This document shows positions 10,548 to 21,475 of a stretch of 64,000 bases of DNA, piece by piece (within the stretch, counting starts at the first letter, position 1; each line of letters starts with the position of its first letter). Source of the stretch: a virus. The position numbers were made by a program, and so were the translations under genes. Location of the stretch: positions 32,001 through 96,000 of the IMG/VR virus record IMGVR_UViG_3300032322_002195; one strand, written 5' to 3'. A model generated the notes under the pieces. The model did not search any database. It worked only from the letters and a program-made list of their open reading frames with translations, and was not told the origin of the DNA.

Positions 10548-11864
10548 TTATTTGTTTTCAACTCTTTGAATCAAATCAAGGATTCTTTTAGTTGATGGGT
10601 CAACATAGGCAGTGCTTTCGTTTAATTGTTTAGAGCTGCCAGTGGTACCCTCTTTTATTATTTTTCTTTCTATTGCTTCAGTGATTGGCTTTCTAGAAGC
10701 TAATTCATTTGCAATAGTTCTGTATAACTTTTTAGACTCCTTAAGGTTTGTAACTCCTTCATCAAATCTTTTGATGATACTTTGTTTTTCAGCCTTGGTT
10801 GTCGCATGTTCCATAAACAATCTTGTTACGTAAGTCAAGTTGCTATTGAACACTACTGTTTCTACCAACTTTGTTCTAAATTCTTTTAAAGCTTTTCTAA
10901 ACTCTTCGTTTTCAGTTTTTAATTTTTTAGACTCAGTCAATAAAGTATTGTATTTTTTTGCAGTTTCAGAAACTAGTTTTTTAGCGATTACAGATTCTTT
11001 AAGATTATCAGCGCCAGCACCTTTAGGTTGACCTATGTTTGCTTTTCCTGGTAATCTATGAGCTTGACCAGAACCAACAGGGATGGCCTCTTCAATAGTT
11101 TCTTCCTCCTCGCCTTTTTCCTCTTCACCTTCTTCGTCATCTACATCAGATAAATCAGAAGGTTCACCTTCTTCATCATCCATTTCAATTTCGTAGTCTA
11201 CGTCATCACCACCTTCAATGTCATCAACATCAATGTCAACATCTTCAACATTACCAGCCATTTCATCATCCATGTCATCACCCATGTCTAGGTCTGAAGT
11301 TTTGATTACGTATTCTCCTGGTTCAGAGACAGTTAGGTGAATTTCGTCACCTACGATTTCGATTTCGTCATCACCGCTTAATTTTTTGTAAACTGCGATT
11401 ACGTCATCGTCAGACGCTTGGGTCATGTCCAATTCTTCTGATGCCATTGCATCCATTCCTTCTTCGTACATACCTTCTTCCATTTCTTCTTCGTACATAC
11501 CTTCGTACATACCTTCTTCCATTTCTTCTTCGTACATACCTTCTGTTGGCATTTCACCTTCGGTCATTTTTGATTCAGATTTGGTTTCTGATTTTTCTTT
11601 TTTCTCAGTACCACCTTTGCCATGTTCTTTCTTTTCCTCCGCTGGAGTTTCAGATTTCTCATGTTCTTCATGTGATACTTCGTTTAAAGAGTCTTCAACC
11701 TCTTCTTCCACATAAGCCTCTTTAGTTAGAGACTCTTTCACCACACCATCAATTTCTTCTTTAGCTACGCTACGAAGTATTTCTTTAGTGTTGGCATTGA
11801 GAGCACTTTGAATATTTTTAATATCCAAAAGAGCTTCTTCAAGTATTGATTTTTTGTCTGCCAT
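10548..11864 (-). CDS. prohead scaffolding/core protein
   Basis: Very acidic, coiled-coil C-terminus, lies between protease and capsid genes; EGMYEEEME repeats. Confidence 0.8.
   Translation of the reverse strand: MADKKSILEEALLDIKNIQSALNANTKEILRSVAKEEIDGVVKESLTKEAYVEEEVEDSLNEVSHEEHEKSETPAEEKKEHGKGGTEKKEKSETKSESKMTEGEMPTEGMYEEEMEEGMYEGMYEEEMEEGMYEEGMDAMASEELDMTQASDDDVIAVYKKLSGDDEIEIVGDEIHLTVSEPGEYVIKTSDLDMGDDMDDEMAGNVEDVDIDVDDIEGGDDVDYEIEMDDEEGEPSDLSDVDDEEGEEEKGEEEETIEEAIPVGSGQAHRLPGKANIGQPKGAGADNLKESVIAKKLVSETAKKYNTLLTESKKLKTENEEFRKALKEFRTKLVETVVFNSNLTYVTRLFMEHATTKAEKQSIIKRFDEGVTNLKESKKLYRTIANELASRKPITEAIERKIIKEGTTGSSKQLNESTAYVDPSTKRILDLIQRVENK
11455..11543. repeat. coding tandem repeat (EGMYEEEME) in the scaffold gene
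   Basis: Repeated cttcgtacataccttcttccatttctt units. Confidence 0.8.
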
Positions 11865-11983
11865 TTTGTGTTTGTTTGTGTTTTATTATTAGATAAATAA
11901 TACAATATCTATCTTATTTGATAATAAATATGTCTAGTTTTACGAAAAGACAAGCTATATAAAAAAATTTATAAAAAAAATGC

Positions 11984-12706
11984 TTATTCTGATAAAAAAT
12001 TGTCTAATTTATCTTTTAAGCTTTCTTTAATTATACTAGATTTTTTTTCGATGCTTTCAACATAAGGTTTAGCTTCAGTCACATCTCTAAAAATCCAAGC
12101 GTCTGGTGTTGATGGTGCTGTAACAACATCCCAACAAATTATTTCAAAATCATCTTGAACAATTTGTTCACCACTTTTTCCCTCTTTAAGAGAACCAACA
12201 CCTCTAGATGAAACACCAATTTTAATTCTATTTCTTAAAAGATTCGCAACTTCATCACCTTTGGTGGAAACGATACCATAGTTTATAAAACCAGGTGTCA
12301 TCAGAATTTCCATTTTACCCATAAGAGTTTTACCTTCCCACCATGTTTCAATAATATTGTGTGAAATTCTATCACCAGCGATAATGCTAGATTCTGGATG
12401 GTCTAATTCACCAACCGCACTACGTTCTCTAATAGCTTTTTGGTATATTTCGTTTTGTTTTTTTAAAACTTGTTCTGGATATACCCTACCATTACGATTA
12501 AGAACACCGTATTTTTGTAAAATAACATAAACTACCAAAGGTTCTGCTATTATTATTTTTCCGCTGTCAAGTTTTTTTATTTCATTTATGAACGCTTGGT
12601 TCCTAGGTTCATCAGGACTAATATAACCAGCGTCATGTTCGATTAAATAACCGAAGCCAGTTTCTCCACGTCTAAGCGTTTTTATTTTATTATAATTTAT
12701 ATCCAT
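11984..12706 (-). CDS. gp21: prohead core protease (T4 gp21-like)
   Basis: NRNGRVYP, GELDHP, GVSSRGVGS and WDVVTAPSTPDA motifs. Confidence 0.95.
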   Translation of the reverse strand: MDINYNKIKTLRRGETGFGYLIEHDAGYISPDEPRNQAFINEIKKLDSGKIIIAEPLVVYVILQKYGVLNRNGRVYPEQVLKKQNEIYQKAIRERSAVGELDHPESSIIAGDRISHNIIETWWEGKTLMGKMEILMTPGFINYGIVSTKGDEVANLLRNRIKIGVSSRGVGSLKEGKSGEQIVQDDFEIICWDVVTAPSTPDAWIFRDVTEAKPYVESIEKKSSIIKESLKDKLDNFLSE

Positions 12707-12777
12707 ATTTGCTAGCTTATAGATATAAATATCGTATGTAAATAAAAAAACCCCAGAATTATCTGGGGTCTTTATTT

Positions 12778-13212
12778 TTATCGTTTTCTTTTATAAAAGT
12801 CAAATGTATCACATTGCTCAAAAACCTTATCAATCAATTCTTGAGCAACGTTATTTAAGTTTGTTTTCATTTCTTCAGAATTTACTGGTATTTCAACATT
12901 TAAATAAAATGTTACTTCACAACTCATGAAGCTTCTCTTTCCTTTTCTTATACCAGATTCTCTCAAATCTAAATCAACAATTGTCATTTCTTTGTTTAAA
13001 TTTAAATTTGATGAATAATTAAATAACGTTTGTTTTATTTTCTTGATTAAATTTCTAATAGCTCTGTTGTAATTTCCGTCACAATCTTCTTTTGGTTGGG
13101 ACCATGCAGAAACGTTTAAATAAACTGATTTTGGGTTTTTGTTATTTACGCTCCCAAAAATAACGTTAAAGTCGTTAAAAATACTAGATTTTATTTCTTT
13201 TCCTGTTTTCAT
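12778..13212 (-). CDS. hypothetical protein
   Basis: 144-aa ORF followed by a terminator hairpin at about 12744-12772. Confidence 0.7.
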   Translation of the reverse strand: MKTGKEIKSSIFNDFNVIFGSVNNKNPKSVYLNVSAWSQPKEDCDGNYNRAIRNLIKKIKQTLFNYSSNLNLNKEMTIVDLDLRESGIRKGKRSFMSCEVTFYLNVEIPVNSEEMKTNLNNVAQELIDKVFEQCDTFDFYKRKR

Positions 13213-13269
13213 ATTTACCTGGTTTTTTATAACACAAGTATAATGAAAAAAAATGAATGTGTCAAGCGA

Positions 13270-13608
13270 TTATTTTAGCTTATCCCACAAAGCAATTGTA
13301 ATACCGATTGCTATTTGAACAAATGTAATTATAGCTATTGCAGCTGCCCAACGATTCTTTTGCCTATATATTTCGTCTTTAGCCTCTTTCATTTGACTAG
13401 GAGACCAAACATCATTAACCTTTTCAATCCATTTAGCATGTGTATCTACTTTTCCTTCAACATTTTTAACCTCAGTAAGTTTTTGGTTCAACTCAGAAAA
13501 ACGAGTATCCATGTCAGTTCTCATTCTGTCATAGTTTTCATTAAGCCTCTCAAGTTCTTTTAAAACTAGCTTACTGTAATCACCCCAAGTTCCTGTTTCT
13601 TCACTCAT
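13270..13608 (-). CDS. coiled-coil protein with C-terminal transmembrane helix
   Basis: WAAAIAIITFVQIAIGITIALW hydrophobic tail. Confidence 0.65.
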   Translation of the reverse strand: MSEETGTWGDYSKLVLKELERLNENYDRMRTDMDTRFSELNQKLTEVKNVEGKVDTHAKWIEKVNDVWSPSQMKEAKDEIYRQKNRWAAAIAIITFVQIAIGITIALWDKLK

Positions 13609-13610
13609 GA

Positions 13611-13829
13611 TTATAATTTAACGTTGTTTAGTATATTAGTTATTTTTAAACACATTTTTTCGTAACACTTTATTTTAGTTACTGATGATTTTGATTCCGA
13701 TATTTCATCTTTACCTTCTTCAATGATATTTTTTAATTCTTTTAAAATTAAAAAATTTTCATCTTTATGAGTTGTTTCACAAATTTTTTGTGTTAATTCT
13801 CTTAATTTTAAAATATTTTCATTATACAT
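13611..13829 (-). CDS. hypothetical protein
   Basis: 72-aa ORF within the operon. Confidence 0.55.
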   Translation of the reverse strand: MYNENILKLRELTQKICETTHKDENFLILKELKNIIEEGKDEISESKSSVTKIKCYEKMCLKITNILNNVKL

Positions 13830-13837
13830 TGGCGTTA

Positions 13838-14629
13838 TTAATTTTCTTTTAAAGTATTCTTAAGGTCTATAATTTTAGAAATATTTTTTATAAAATCCTC
13901 GTTTATTTCTTGTTTATCATTTAATAATCTGTCTTTAACCCTTAAAAGTTTGTCTTTTGTTTCTAAATCAGAACCATCTAGTTTCTCATTAATCAAATCA
14001 ATACACTCTCTTACAACTTTACCATAAACCTCTTTTTTCTGTTCATCAGTAGATTCGATTATAACTTTAAGAATTTGTTTTTCTGATTTATCCAAAGTGC
14101 TGTATTTTTGATTGTATTTCTCGACCATGATAGTAGTCAACATACTATTAGGTAATTCTATACTTTCAGAAATTACTTTTTCTTTGTTATTTACGATATA
14201 ATCAATTATTTTGCTAGTTGCTTCAACAATCACATCAATATTCTCTGGAGATTTACTTGTGAATATAAGAGTAGAAATACTTTCATAAAGTTCTTTTTTA
14301 TCGTCTAGTACATCTTTTTCAAATAAAAGATTTTGCACCAATTTTGAATTTGCTTCAAATATTTCTTTTTTATCGTATTTAGAAAACAAATCAATATTTT
14401 CTTTTACAAACATATTAGCTTTATTGATATCTTTTTCTACTTTTTGCTCAATGTTGGTGTAAACTAAAAATTGAGTTTTAAGTATCTCGTTTTCTTTTAA
14501 AGACTTAACATAGTTTTTAAACAAGTCTTTTTTTGGCTTATCCTCTGACATAACGCTTTCGGCCAAAAGTGTGTTATAAACACTTTTTATGTGACCAAAA
14601 TTTTTTGTTATTTGACTTAAATTTGTCAT
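13838..14629 (-). CDS. hypothetical head-module protein
   Basis: 263-aa helical ORF directly downstream of the portal gene. Confidence 0.7.
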   Translation of the reverse strand: MTNLSQITKNFGHIKSVYNTLLAESVMSEDKPKKDLFKNYVKSLKENEILKTQFLVYTNIEQKVEKDINKANMFVKENIDLFSKYDKKEIFEANSKLVQNLLFEKDVLDDKKELYESISTLIFTSKSPENIDVIVEATSKIIDYIVNNKEKVISESIELPNSMLTTIMVEKYNQKYSTLDKSEKQILKVIIESTDEQKKEVYGKVVRECIDLINEKLDGSDLETKDKLLRVKDRLLNDKQEINEDFIKNISKIIDLKNTLKEN

Positions 14630-14674
14630 ACCTTTAATTTACTTAATAAATATTGTTATTTTATGCAAAAGAAT

Positions 14675-16759
14675 TTATTCTCCTAACATTTTATCGATTC
14701 CATTTATCATGTCATCAACATCTTTGTTTATTTTTACGTTTTTGTCGTAAATTTTTACTCTTTCGTTAATTTCTTTTTTTATCGGGTTTATAGATTCTAG
14801 CAAAGCATCAACAAATCTACCTTGATAATGTTTGGTTCTATCATCTAACTTTTTAGCTAACATTTTTTTCTGTTCTTTCAATATTTTATTAACCTTTTTA
14901 ACAGATTCAGTTACTTCAGTTGGAGCAGCCTCTTCAGCTCCAGCCTCTGTACCAGCTTCTTCAGCTCCAGCTATTTCAGCACCTGTTTCGGCTTCACCCC
15001 CAGCTTCGGTAGCGGCTTCACTTTCACCACCTTCTTCACCACCAAAATCTAAGTCTTCACCACCTACTCCTCCACCACCAAAAGAGCCACCTAATCCTCC
15101 ACCACCGCCAGTTGAACCACCAGATTCACCTTCAGCCCCACCAGCAGCCTCACCACCTTCTCCACTACCACCTTTAAGTGCTAATTTAAAATCACCGTAA
15201 ACTCTATCCACGATATCAAACATACCAGTATGTTTGATAACATTTGCTGAATTGGCCAATTCAGCAGCAGCAGCTTTTTCAAGCCTTTGTTCTAACAAAT
15301 CTTTTTTGATTTCATCATCAGACATACCAAGAACATCTCTTTTTGCACGAGTCATTGACATCGCAGCAAAGCCATTACCAGCATCAGAAACTGCGTCTTT
15401 ATAAAGAGTAACTTTGCTTTGTAAGTGTTCTACTTTAAGCATTTCTGCTTGAGTAGATGGATTATTAAGAGTAAGTGTAAAGTTATCAAAATCTTCGTCA
15501 AAACCTAACAAATACAAATGAATAATAGCTATCTTATTAAGTTCTTGAAGCATTGATTGTTGTATGCGATTAATAGTCCTTGAAAAACGTATATCTTGCA
15601 ATGCAAGGTTTTTACCTTCACCAGCTGTCTCATCAAAACCTAAAAATGGTTTTGGAACACGCAAAGCAGTGAATAGATTATTCCTCAAATATTCAATATC
15701 AGCAATTTGGTCCAAGTTAGAAGCACCAGGAAGTGTATCAATTGGATTTGGTGCATCTTCAGTACGAACAGGGATGAAAAAATCTTGGTCATTTGATAAC
15801 TGATTGTATCTAAGGTCCATTTGACCAGTTTGTGGGTCGGTAATTGGAATTCGTTTAAACCTATCAGCTATTTCATTTACATATGCTGGTACGTCTGCGT
15901 CTTCAATATTACCAACATATATTTTATAAACACGTCTTTCTGGTGCACGAGTAACACGATATACCAACATAGAGTCTTCTGATAAAATAAGTTGTTTCCA
16001 AATACGTCTGGCTTTCTCTAACATACTCGTACCATAAGGCAAACGTCTATCATCACCAGTTAATCTAAAGTGAGCTATTTGCCAAGAATTAAATTCAACA
16101 TCACGACCTCTCCAATAAAATTTTACTTTATCAGCAACCGCAACATTTCCGTTTGGTGTTTCTCTACCAGTAATCATATCAAACAAACCGCTTTCCCTTC
16201 TTTCCATTTCATAGTTTGGCATTTGTTTTCCGCCAGTTACTCCGTGAACATCATCAATATTTAAAAACACAAAGTTATCACCATATTTTACAGTATTCCT
16301 TGTCCACATTGGTAACGATGTATGTATATCTAATCTATTAAAAAATAAATCTTCTAATATCCCCTTAACACGACTACTATCAGAATAAACATTCAATACT
16401 TTTCCCTTGTCATTAAGAGTTGTTGATTCTTCAGCCATTATATCTAATGCAGCAGCAATAATTGGATAAAACTCCATAGCCTCAAAATCTGAGTAAGAAC
16501 CAATACGAGTTGTTTCATAGTTTATTGATTGTTGAAAAAGTCCGCTCTCAACCTTTTTCCACATCTGAGACAAATACTTGTTTTGTTGCGCTTGCAACTT
16601 AGCTCTTTCAAAATCAACTTTATTATCTGTTTTAAGCAACACATCGTTACCCATATTGTAACGTTGTGGTTGTGGTTGACTTTGGTTTAGTTTTGCTGAA
16701 TCAGGACCTAATATTTGTCCCAATCTTTGAAATATAGTTAAATTTTTATTTTCTGCCAT
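14675..16759 (-). CDS. gp20: portal protein (T4 gp20-like)
   Basis: EDSMLVYRVTRAPERRVYKIYVGN, DFFIPVR, IDTLPGASNL and ALRVPK motifs; Gly/Glu-rich C-terminal extension. Confidence 0.95.
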   Translation of the reverse strand: MAENKNLTIFQRLGQILGPDSAKLNQSQPQPQRYNMGNDVLLKTDNKVDFERAKLQAQQNKYLSQMWKKVESGLFQQSINYETTRIGSYSDFEAMEFYPIIAAALDIMAEESTTLNDKGKVLNVYSDSSRVKGILEDLFFNRLDIHTSLPMWTRNTVKYGDNFVFLNIDDVHGVTGGKQMPNYEMERRESGLFDMITGRETPNGNVAVADKVKFYWRGRDVEFNSWQIAHFRLTGDDRRLPYGTSMLEKARRIWKQLILSEDSMLVYRVTRAPERRVYKIYVGNIEDADVPAYVNEIADRFKRIPITDPQTGQMDLRYNQLSNDQDFFIPVRTEDAPNPIDTLPGASNLDQIADIEYLRNNLFTALRVPKPFLGFDETAGEGKNLALQDIRFSRTINRIQQSMLQELNKIAIIHLYLLGFDEDFDNFTLTLNNPSTQAEMLKVEHLQSKVTLYKDAVSDAGNGFAAMSMTRAKRDVLGMSDDEIKKDLLEQRLEKAAAAELANSANVIKHTGMFDIVDRVYGDFKLALKGGSGEGGEAAGGAEGESGGSTGGGGGLGGSFGGGGVGGEDLDFGGEEGGESEAATEAGGEAETGAEIAGAEEAGTEAGAEEAAPTEVTESVKKVNKILKEQKKMLAKKLDDRTKHYQGRFVDALLESINPIKKEINERVKIYDKNVKINKDVDDMINGIDKMLGE

Positions 16760-16805
16760 AATATTGTTTTATTATAATTTAAGTTTTAATTCTAAAAAAT
16801 AAAGA

Positions 16806-17039
16806 TTACTGCACGTAATCACATTCTACGTATGCTAATCTTTCTTGCTCACCAATAGGACTAACTGCTAAAGTATAAACATAATTGGTTATCCAATCTT
16901 GACCTTGACTTCCTGATATTGCATTACAGAAAAACGGTTTTTTTGTAATGTTTTGTTTTTTTATGATATTTGATTGAATTGGTGACCATTTATAAAGTAT
17001 TGGACCATATGTTTTAAGTACAAATGTATTTTTTGCCAT
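16806..17039 (-). CDS. hypothetical protein
   Basis: 77-aa ORF between terminase and portal. Confidence 0.6.
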   Translation of the reverse strand: MAKNTFVLKTYGPILYKWSPIQSNIIKKQNITKKPFFCNAISGSQGQDWITNYVYTLAVSPIGEQERLAYVECDYVQ

Positions 17040-17050
17040 TTTATTTAGAT

Positions 17051-18832
17051 TTATTTCATTCCATTAAATAACCACATGTATTGACCTAAAGGGTCTTGCA
17101 TATTTTTAGAAATAGCTGGGTTAAATTTAGGTTTTGGCGTTGTCGCCTTATTTCTGTTTTCTTTGCTAACAAAACTACCAGAAGCTGGTTCTTCTTTTAC
17201 CGATGGTGAACCAACCACCCAACTACTTAGCATAGCTTTGTTTTGTTTTTCTAATCTTTCTAGATTTTTAAAAGAATGTTCTACAACCCATAAACACATA
17301 GCCATTGCCATTAGCAAATCGTCATGATAACCATCCATGTGGTCTGGTCTACCATTTTTGTAAATAAATGTTTTCATCTCAGATGTCATTCTAACCGAAC
17401 GAATTTTAACAGCGTCCGTTCTAATTTTAAATTCTAAGTTTGAAATCATTGGTAGACGAACTGATGTTGCGTGAAAACCTGGTATTTTATTATCTTTATT
17501 ATAACTAGTTAATTCTCTTTGTTTAGAAGATAAAACTTTTCCATTTTGGCTATCATAGTGTAATCTTTTATAATTAAATTCTAGTAATTTAAGAATAGTT
17601 GAAACACCCATACCACCAGTTGCATCCACCACAGTGTAAGCCTTGTATAAATTTCCATATTCTTCAACAATTTGAGCCAATAAATCTGGTTGTATCTTTC
17701 CTTGATATTCTACGACTTGCTCCATGGTTGTAAAATCCAATATAACCATTGTTGAAGAATCCTCTCCATCACCTCTGGATACGTCCACACCCATTATGTA
17801 TTGATGTCCCTCTTGTGGCTCATCCCAAATCCATATTTCACCCTCTGGGCCAGCGGTATATAACGGTTCTCTTACGTTGTTTTTGTTTTGGAATTCAATG
17901 TGTTCTTCGTCAATAACGTTACCACCTGAACCAATGAAAGACACGTCCAATTCTTGTGCAATCATCTTAGCATCATTATTCATACCACGACACATTTCTT
18001 CATACCATGAAGATGTTGGTTTCCAACCTCCCAAAATTCTTTTTTCGTAAGAATTAAAAGTAAATTCAACCTCATCTTCTGTCACTTCATCTTTGACCCA
18101 ACGTAAATCTTTATTGTAACGCAAGTCTTCATACCATTTCATTTCAATAATATTGAAATTGTTTTCCTTTTTCCTAGCTTGGTCATATGTTTTGTAATAA
18201 AGTGCGTCCATACCACGAGGTGTTGATATAAGAGTTGCTTTGCCACCAGTACCCAAAGCCGTCAAAGCAGCACCAAATACTTCGGCACCATTATCAATAT
18301 ATGCGGCTTCATCCATAACTAAGTAAGTTGGAGTGAAACCACGCAACGCATCTTTAGATGTAGCAACCGCTTTTACACGACTACCATTAGGTAATTTTAT
18401 TTCTTTTTTAGAGTCAGTAAGGAATATTGACTTTTCTTCATTTTTTTGATTACCATAGTATTCAGAACCCCAAACCCATCTTGGTAATTGAGAAACAAAC
18501 TCTTTAATTTTTGCCAAAAATTCAAACGCCAACTCTTGTTTGTTGGCAATGATAAGAACAGCTTCTGGGTTTTCAGCATCAGCAAAACCAACCTTTATTG
18601 CCATATAAGCTGCCGTTGTCGTTGATACCCCAGCCTGTCTTGGTTTTGTGATTAAATTAAACCTATGCTTTTCATAAGCATAGATTATTTCTTTTTGTCT
18701 TGGGAATAGCTTAAACGGTACAAACCCTTCTTGAGTTTTATCAAATGTTTCCAAATAAGTCTCAATACCATATATCGGACTTGTTAAACATTTGGCATAT
18801 TCTTTAAATATTTCTGTTTTTGTTAATAGCAT
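17051..18832 (-). CDS. gp17: terminase large subunit (T4 gp17-like)
   Basis: KPRQAGVSTT Walker A, LVMDEAA Walker B, GVDVSRGDGEDSS and HDDLLMA nuclease motifs. Confidence 0.95.
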   Translation of the reverse strand: MLLTKTEIFKEYAKCLTSPIYGIETYLETFDKTQEGFVPFKLFPRQKEIIYAYEKHRFNLITKPRQAGVSTTTAAYMAIKVGFADAENPEAVLIIANKQELAFEFLAKIKEFVSQLPRWVWGSEYYGNQKNEEKSIFLTDSKKEIKLPNGSRVKAVATSKDALRGFTPTYLVMDEAAYIDNGAEVFGAALTALGTGGKATLISTPRGMDALYYKTYDQARKKENNFNIIEMKWYEDLRYNKDLRWVKDEVTEDEVEFTFNSYEKRILGGWKPTSSWYEEMCRGMNNDAKMIAQELDVSFIGSGGNVIDEEHIEFQNKNNVREPLYTAGPEGEIWIWDEPQEGHQYIMGVDVSRGDGEDSSTMVILDFTTMEQVVEYQGKIQPDLLAQIVEEYGNLYKAYTVVDATGGMGVSTILKLLEFNYKRLHYDSQNGKVLSSKQRELTSYNKDNKIPGFHATSVRLPMISNLEFKIRTDAVKIRSVRMTSEMKTFIYKNGRPDHMDGYHDDLLMAMAMCLWVVEHSFKNLERLEKQNKAMLSSWVVGSPSVKEEPASGSFVSKENRNKATTPKPKFNPAISKNMQDPLGQYMWLFNGMK

Positions 18833-18911
18833 ATTATTTTAACTATAAATATGCCAAAACACAATAAAAACAATTAAGACCCCAATTGGAGCCTTAATTC
18901 ATTTGTTTTTA

Positions 18912-20174
18912 TTATTTAAACAAGTCTTCAAAATCAAACCCTTCATCCAAATCATCATCTGGCTTACCACCCATTAACTCGTCCAAATCAAAGCCTTCGT
19001 CTTTTATTTCATGATGAGTGTTTATTTCATTCATCGCTTCGTTAAATTCATCGTTTTGTATTTCTTTTTTGATTTCTTTAACAATGGTTTCTATTATAAT
19101 TTTACCCTCTTTGGTACCAGCCATAATTTCTCTCATCTTTGTATTGAACTCTTTAACAGGCAAAGCCGCTAAATCGCAGTAAATTTGATGTTTTAAATGA
19201 AAATCATCTGGCTCAATCATTGAAGCAAATCGACCCCATAGACTTGGACCTAGCCTCATATCCCATGGCTCAGCTGCTAAAAAATCAGCTTTATTTATAA
19301 CATATTCACCAATTCTTTTTTCTTTTGGTAAACCATGTGCCGATATAAGTTCCATAACACCCTTTACTAATTCATGAATAAGAACTGGAAATACCATTGC
19401 TTGAGCATATATTACTGCTTTTGGGTTTGATTGAGTTGGAAATTGAACTCTTACAACACCACCGTTAACACCATTATCCATTTCTGGTATAATATAATAC
19501 ATATAGTCAGCAGCGGACATCATTTTAGCGTATTTGTTTGGTAAGCGTGGGTCAAAATTAGTCAATTCATCATCAACCATATGGTACATGTGGTTGGTTT
19601 TTTTAGCAGCACCTTGTATCATTGCATTCAAAAACCTACGCTTATAAACTTCTTCGTTAGCGCCAACCATTTCATCATGATTCATAAACTCAACTTCCAT
19701 GGCCATTGGTTTTGGATTCTTTTTGGTTCCAACCATAGTTATCTCTGTTGTCAATTCAGCATGAATTTCAACAATATCTTCACTCATATCAAACTCTTCA
19801 CGAATCATTTTTTCAGCCAATTTCTCCAAAGCTTTTTTATGTTTTGCTTCTATACCGATGGTTTCATATACCATCGGCATCATTTCTTTCAAAACATTTG
19901 AATTATTTATTACATCAACATCGTGAGCTCTTTTATAGCGATTGGCAACTTCTTTAAAACGTTCACCCATTATTTTCTCTTCAAAAGTAGATTCATCATT
20001 TTCTGGGAAAATAGGGTGTTTACCCAAAGAATGTTTTCTCAAAACCAAATCTTCTTCAAGTTTTGGGTGCATTCTTTCAGTTAACCCTTCTGGATATAAA
20101 ACACCCTCGTTTAACGTTTTAGGTTTGTTACTTTGTTTAAGTGCGTTTTCAACTATTTTTCTGTAGTTACTCAT
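18912..20174 (-). CDS. hypothetical protein
   Basis: 420 aa; LIHELVKGVME resembles a metal-binding helix. Confidence 0.7.
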   Translation of the reverse strand: MSNYRKIVENALKQSNKPKTLNEGVLYPEGLTERMHPKLEEDLVLRKHSLGKHPIFPENDESTFEEKIMGERFKEVANRYKRAHDVDVINNSNVLKEMMPMVYETIGIEAKHKKALEKLAEKMIREEFDMSEDIVEIHAELTTEITMVGTKKNPKPMAMEVEFMNHDEMVGANEEVYKRRFLNAMIQGAAKKTNHMYHMVDDELTNFDPRLPNKYAKMMSAADYMYYIIPEMDNGVNGGVVRVQFPTQSNPKAVIYAQAMVFPVLIHELVKGVMELISAHGLPKEKRIGEYVINKADFLAAEPWDMRLGPSLWGRFASMIEPDDFHLKHQIYCDLAALPVKEFNTKMREIMAGTKEGKIIIETIVKEIKKEIQNDEFNEAMNEINTHHEIKDEGFDLDELMGGKPDDDLDEGFDFEDLFK

Positions 20175-21078
20175 TATTTATATTTTTTACTTTGATAATT
20201 CTTTTTGTTTTACCCTCAGATAATTGAGCGTTTTGTTGTTCTGGTTTAACTTTAGACATGTCTTTTAATCCACTTATTAATTGTGATAAACCATTTCTAG
20301 GCACACCAATCATTTCAGCAAAAGCTGCTATAACCTCTCTTTTAGCTACTGGTGTTTTTATAGTTGTAATAACATTTGAAGGAATTCTTTTTTGTATTAA
20401 ATCCATTAATTTTTTTGCTTTGATATTCATTTCTTCATCACTTTCCTCACCAGTTGGCGTAACTTCGTTTACAACATGTTTTTTAGGTCCAAATACCTTT
20501 CCTTCAAAGTATTTTTTAAACTCCCTAATTCCCATGTATCTCTCCTCGTCAAGCATATTTGCTTTAGCCAATTCTTCTATTGTTTTAAACTTTCTAAATT
20601 TTCCAGTTTTCTCATTAACAATATAATGCCTGAATTCACCAAGACCTAATGTTTTATTTTCATTGGCTGTTTCTTCTTTTACCTCCATCGCCTCTTTCAT
20701 AGGTTTTGCAATATTTTCTTCAAAATATTGCATATCATGAATTATATTGTCACCATTATCATCAACGTCATCATAACAATAAACCGCTAAAACAACTTCT
20801 TTATTTGGCATTAACCCTCTAACCATTTGATATCTTTTATCACCGATAGAAAATGGTTGTGATATTTCACCAGTTTTAGAATCTTTAACATTTGATAAAT
20901 ATTGTATTGTTGATTGGTCTTGTGGTTGAATAACGTTATCGATTTCAGTTATTTTTTTATCTATAGGTAGAATATTAACTTTTTGACCTTTTAAATCAGA
21001 AATAGTTTGTTTTAGTTCTGATTTAGGAATCATAATAGTTGGCGTTTCAACTTCTTTTATTTTATTTTGTTTCTCCAT
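20167..21078 (-). CDS. hypothetical protein
   Basis: 303-aa ORF overlapping both neighbours. Confidence 0.7.
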   Translation of the reverse strand: MEKQNKIKEVETPTIMIPKSELKQTISDLKGQKVNILPIDKKITEIDNVIQPQDQSTIQYLSNVKDSKTGEISQPFSIGDKRYQMVRGLMPNKEVVLAVYCYDDVDDNGDNIIHDMQYFEENIAKPMKEAMEVKEETANENKTLGLGEFRHYIVNEKTGKFRKFKTIEELAKANMLDEERYMGIREFKKYFEGKVFGPKKHVVNEVTPTGEESDEEMNIKAKKLMDLIQKRIPSNVITTIKTPVAKREVIAAFAEMIGVPRNGLSQLISGLKDMSKVKPEQQNAQLSEGKTKRIIKVKNINNE

Positions 21079-21475
21079 GATATTGTTGGTTATAATTTAA
21101 TATTAGGTCTTTTTCATATAACTTTTCTTCAACTTCTTTTATTTTTTCTCCAAATTTAAAACAAAGTCTTTTTTCTGGATATGAGTCATAAGCATTAATG
21201 TTTTCCCATGCCAATGCAATAACACCATCAACAGCATCCCATACGGCAAATGTGTCACTGTTTTGAATAACATCTAATTTTAATTCAGACTCCAAACGTC
21301 CAACTTTTTTAATAAAATTGTCATGAGGGGCTTGTGGTCTACCAGAAGCTGGAAAAGTATCCCATTCTTCACCATCAATATTTTTACTTGTATCTGAAAA
21401 TATAAATTCAAACAAGTAATTACCTTGATAGTTTTTGCCAACCATGTTAACATATATGAGATACAAATCTTTCAT
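21062..21475 (-). CDS. hypothetical protein
   Basis: 137-aa ORF, translationally coupled. Confidence 0.7.
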   Translation of the reverse strand: MKDLYLIYVNMVGKNYQGNYLFEFIFSDTSKNIDGEEWDTFPASGRPQAPHDNFIKKVGRLESELKLDVIQNSDTFAVWDAVDGVIALAWENINAYDSYPEKRLCFKFGEKIKEVEEKLYEKDLILNYNQQYHGETK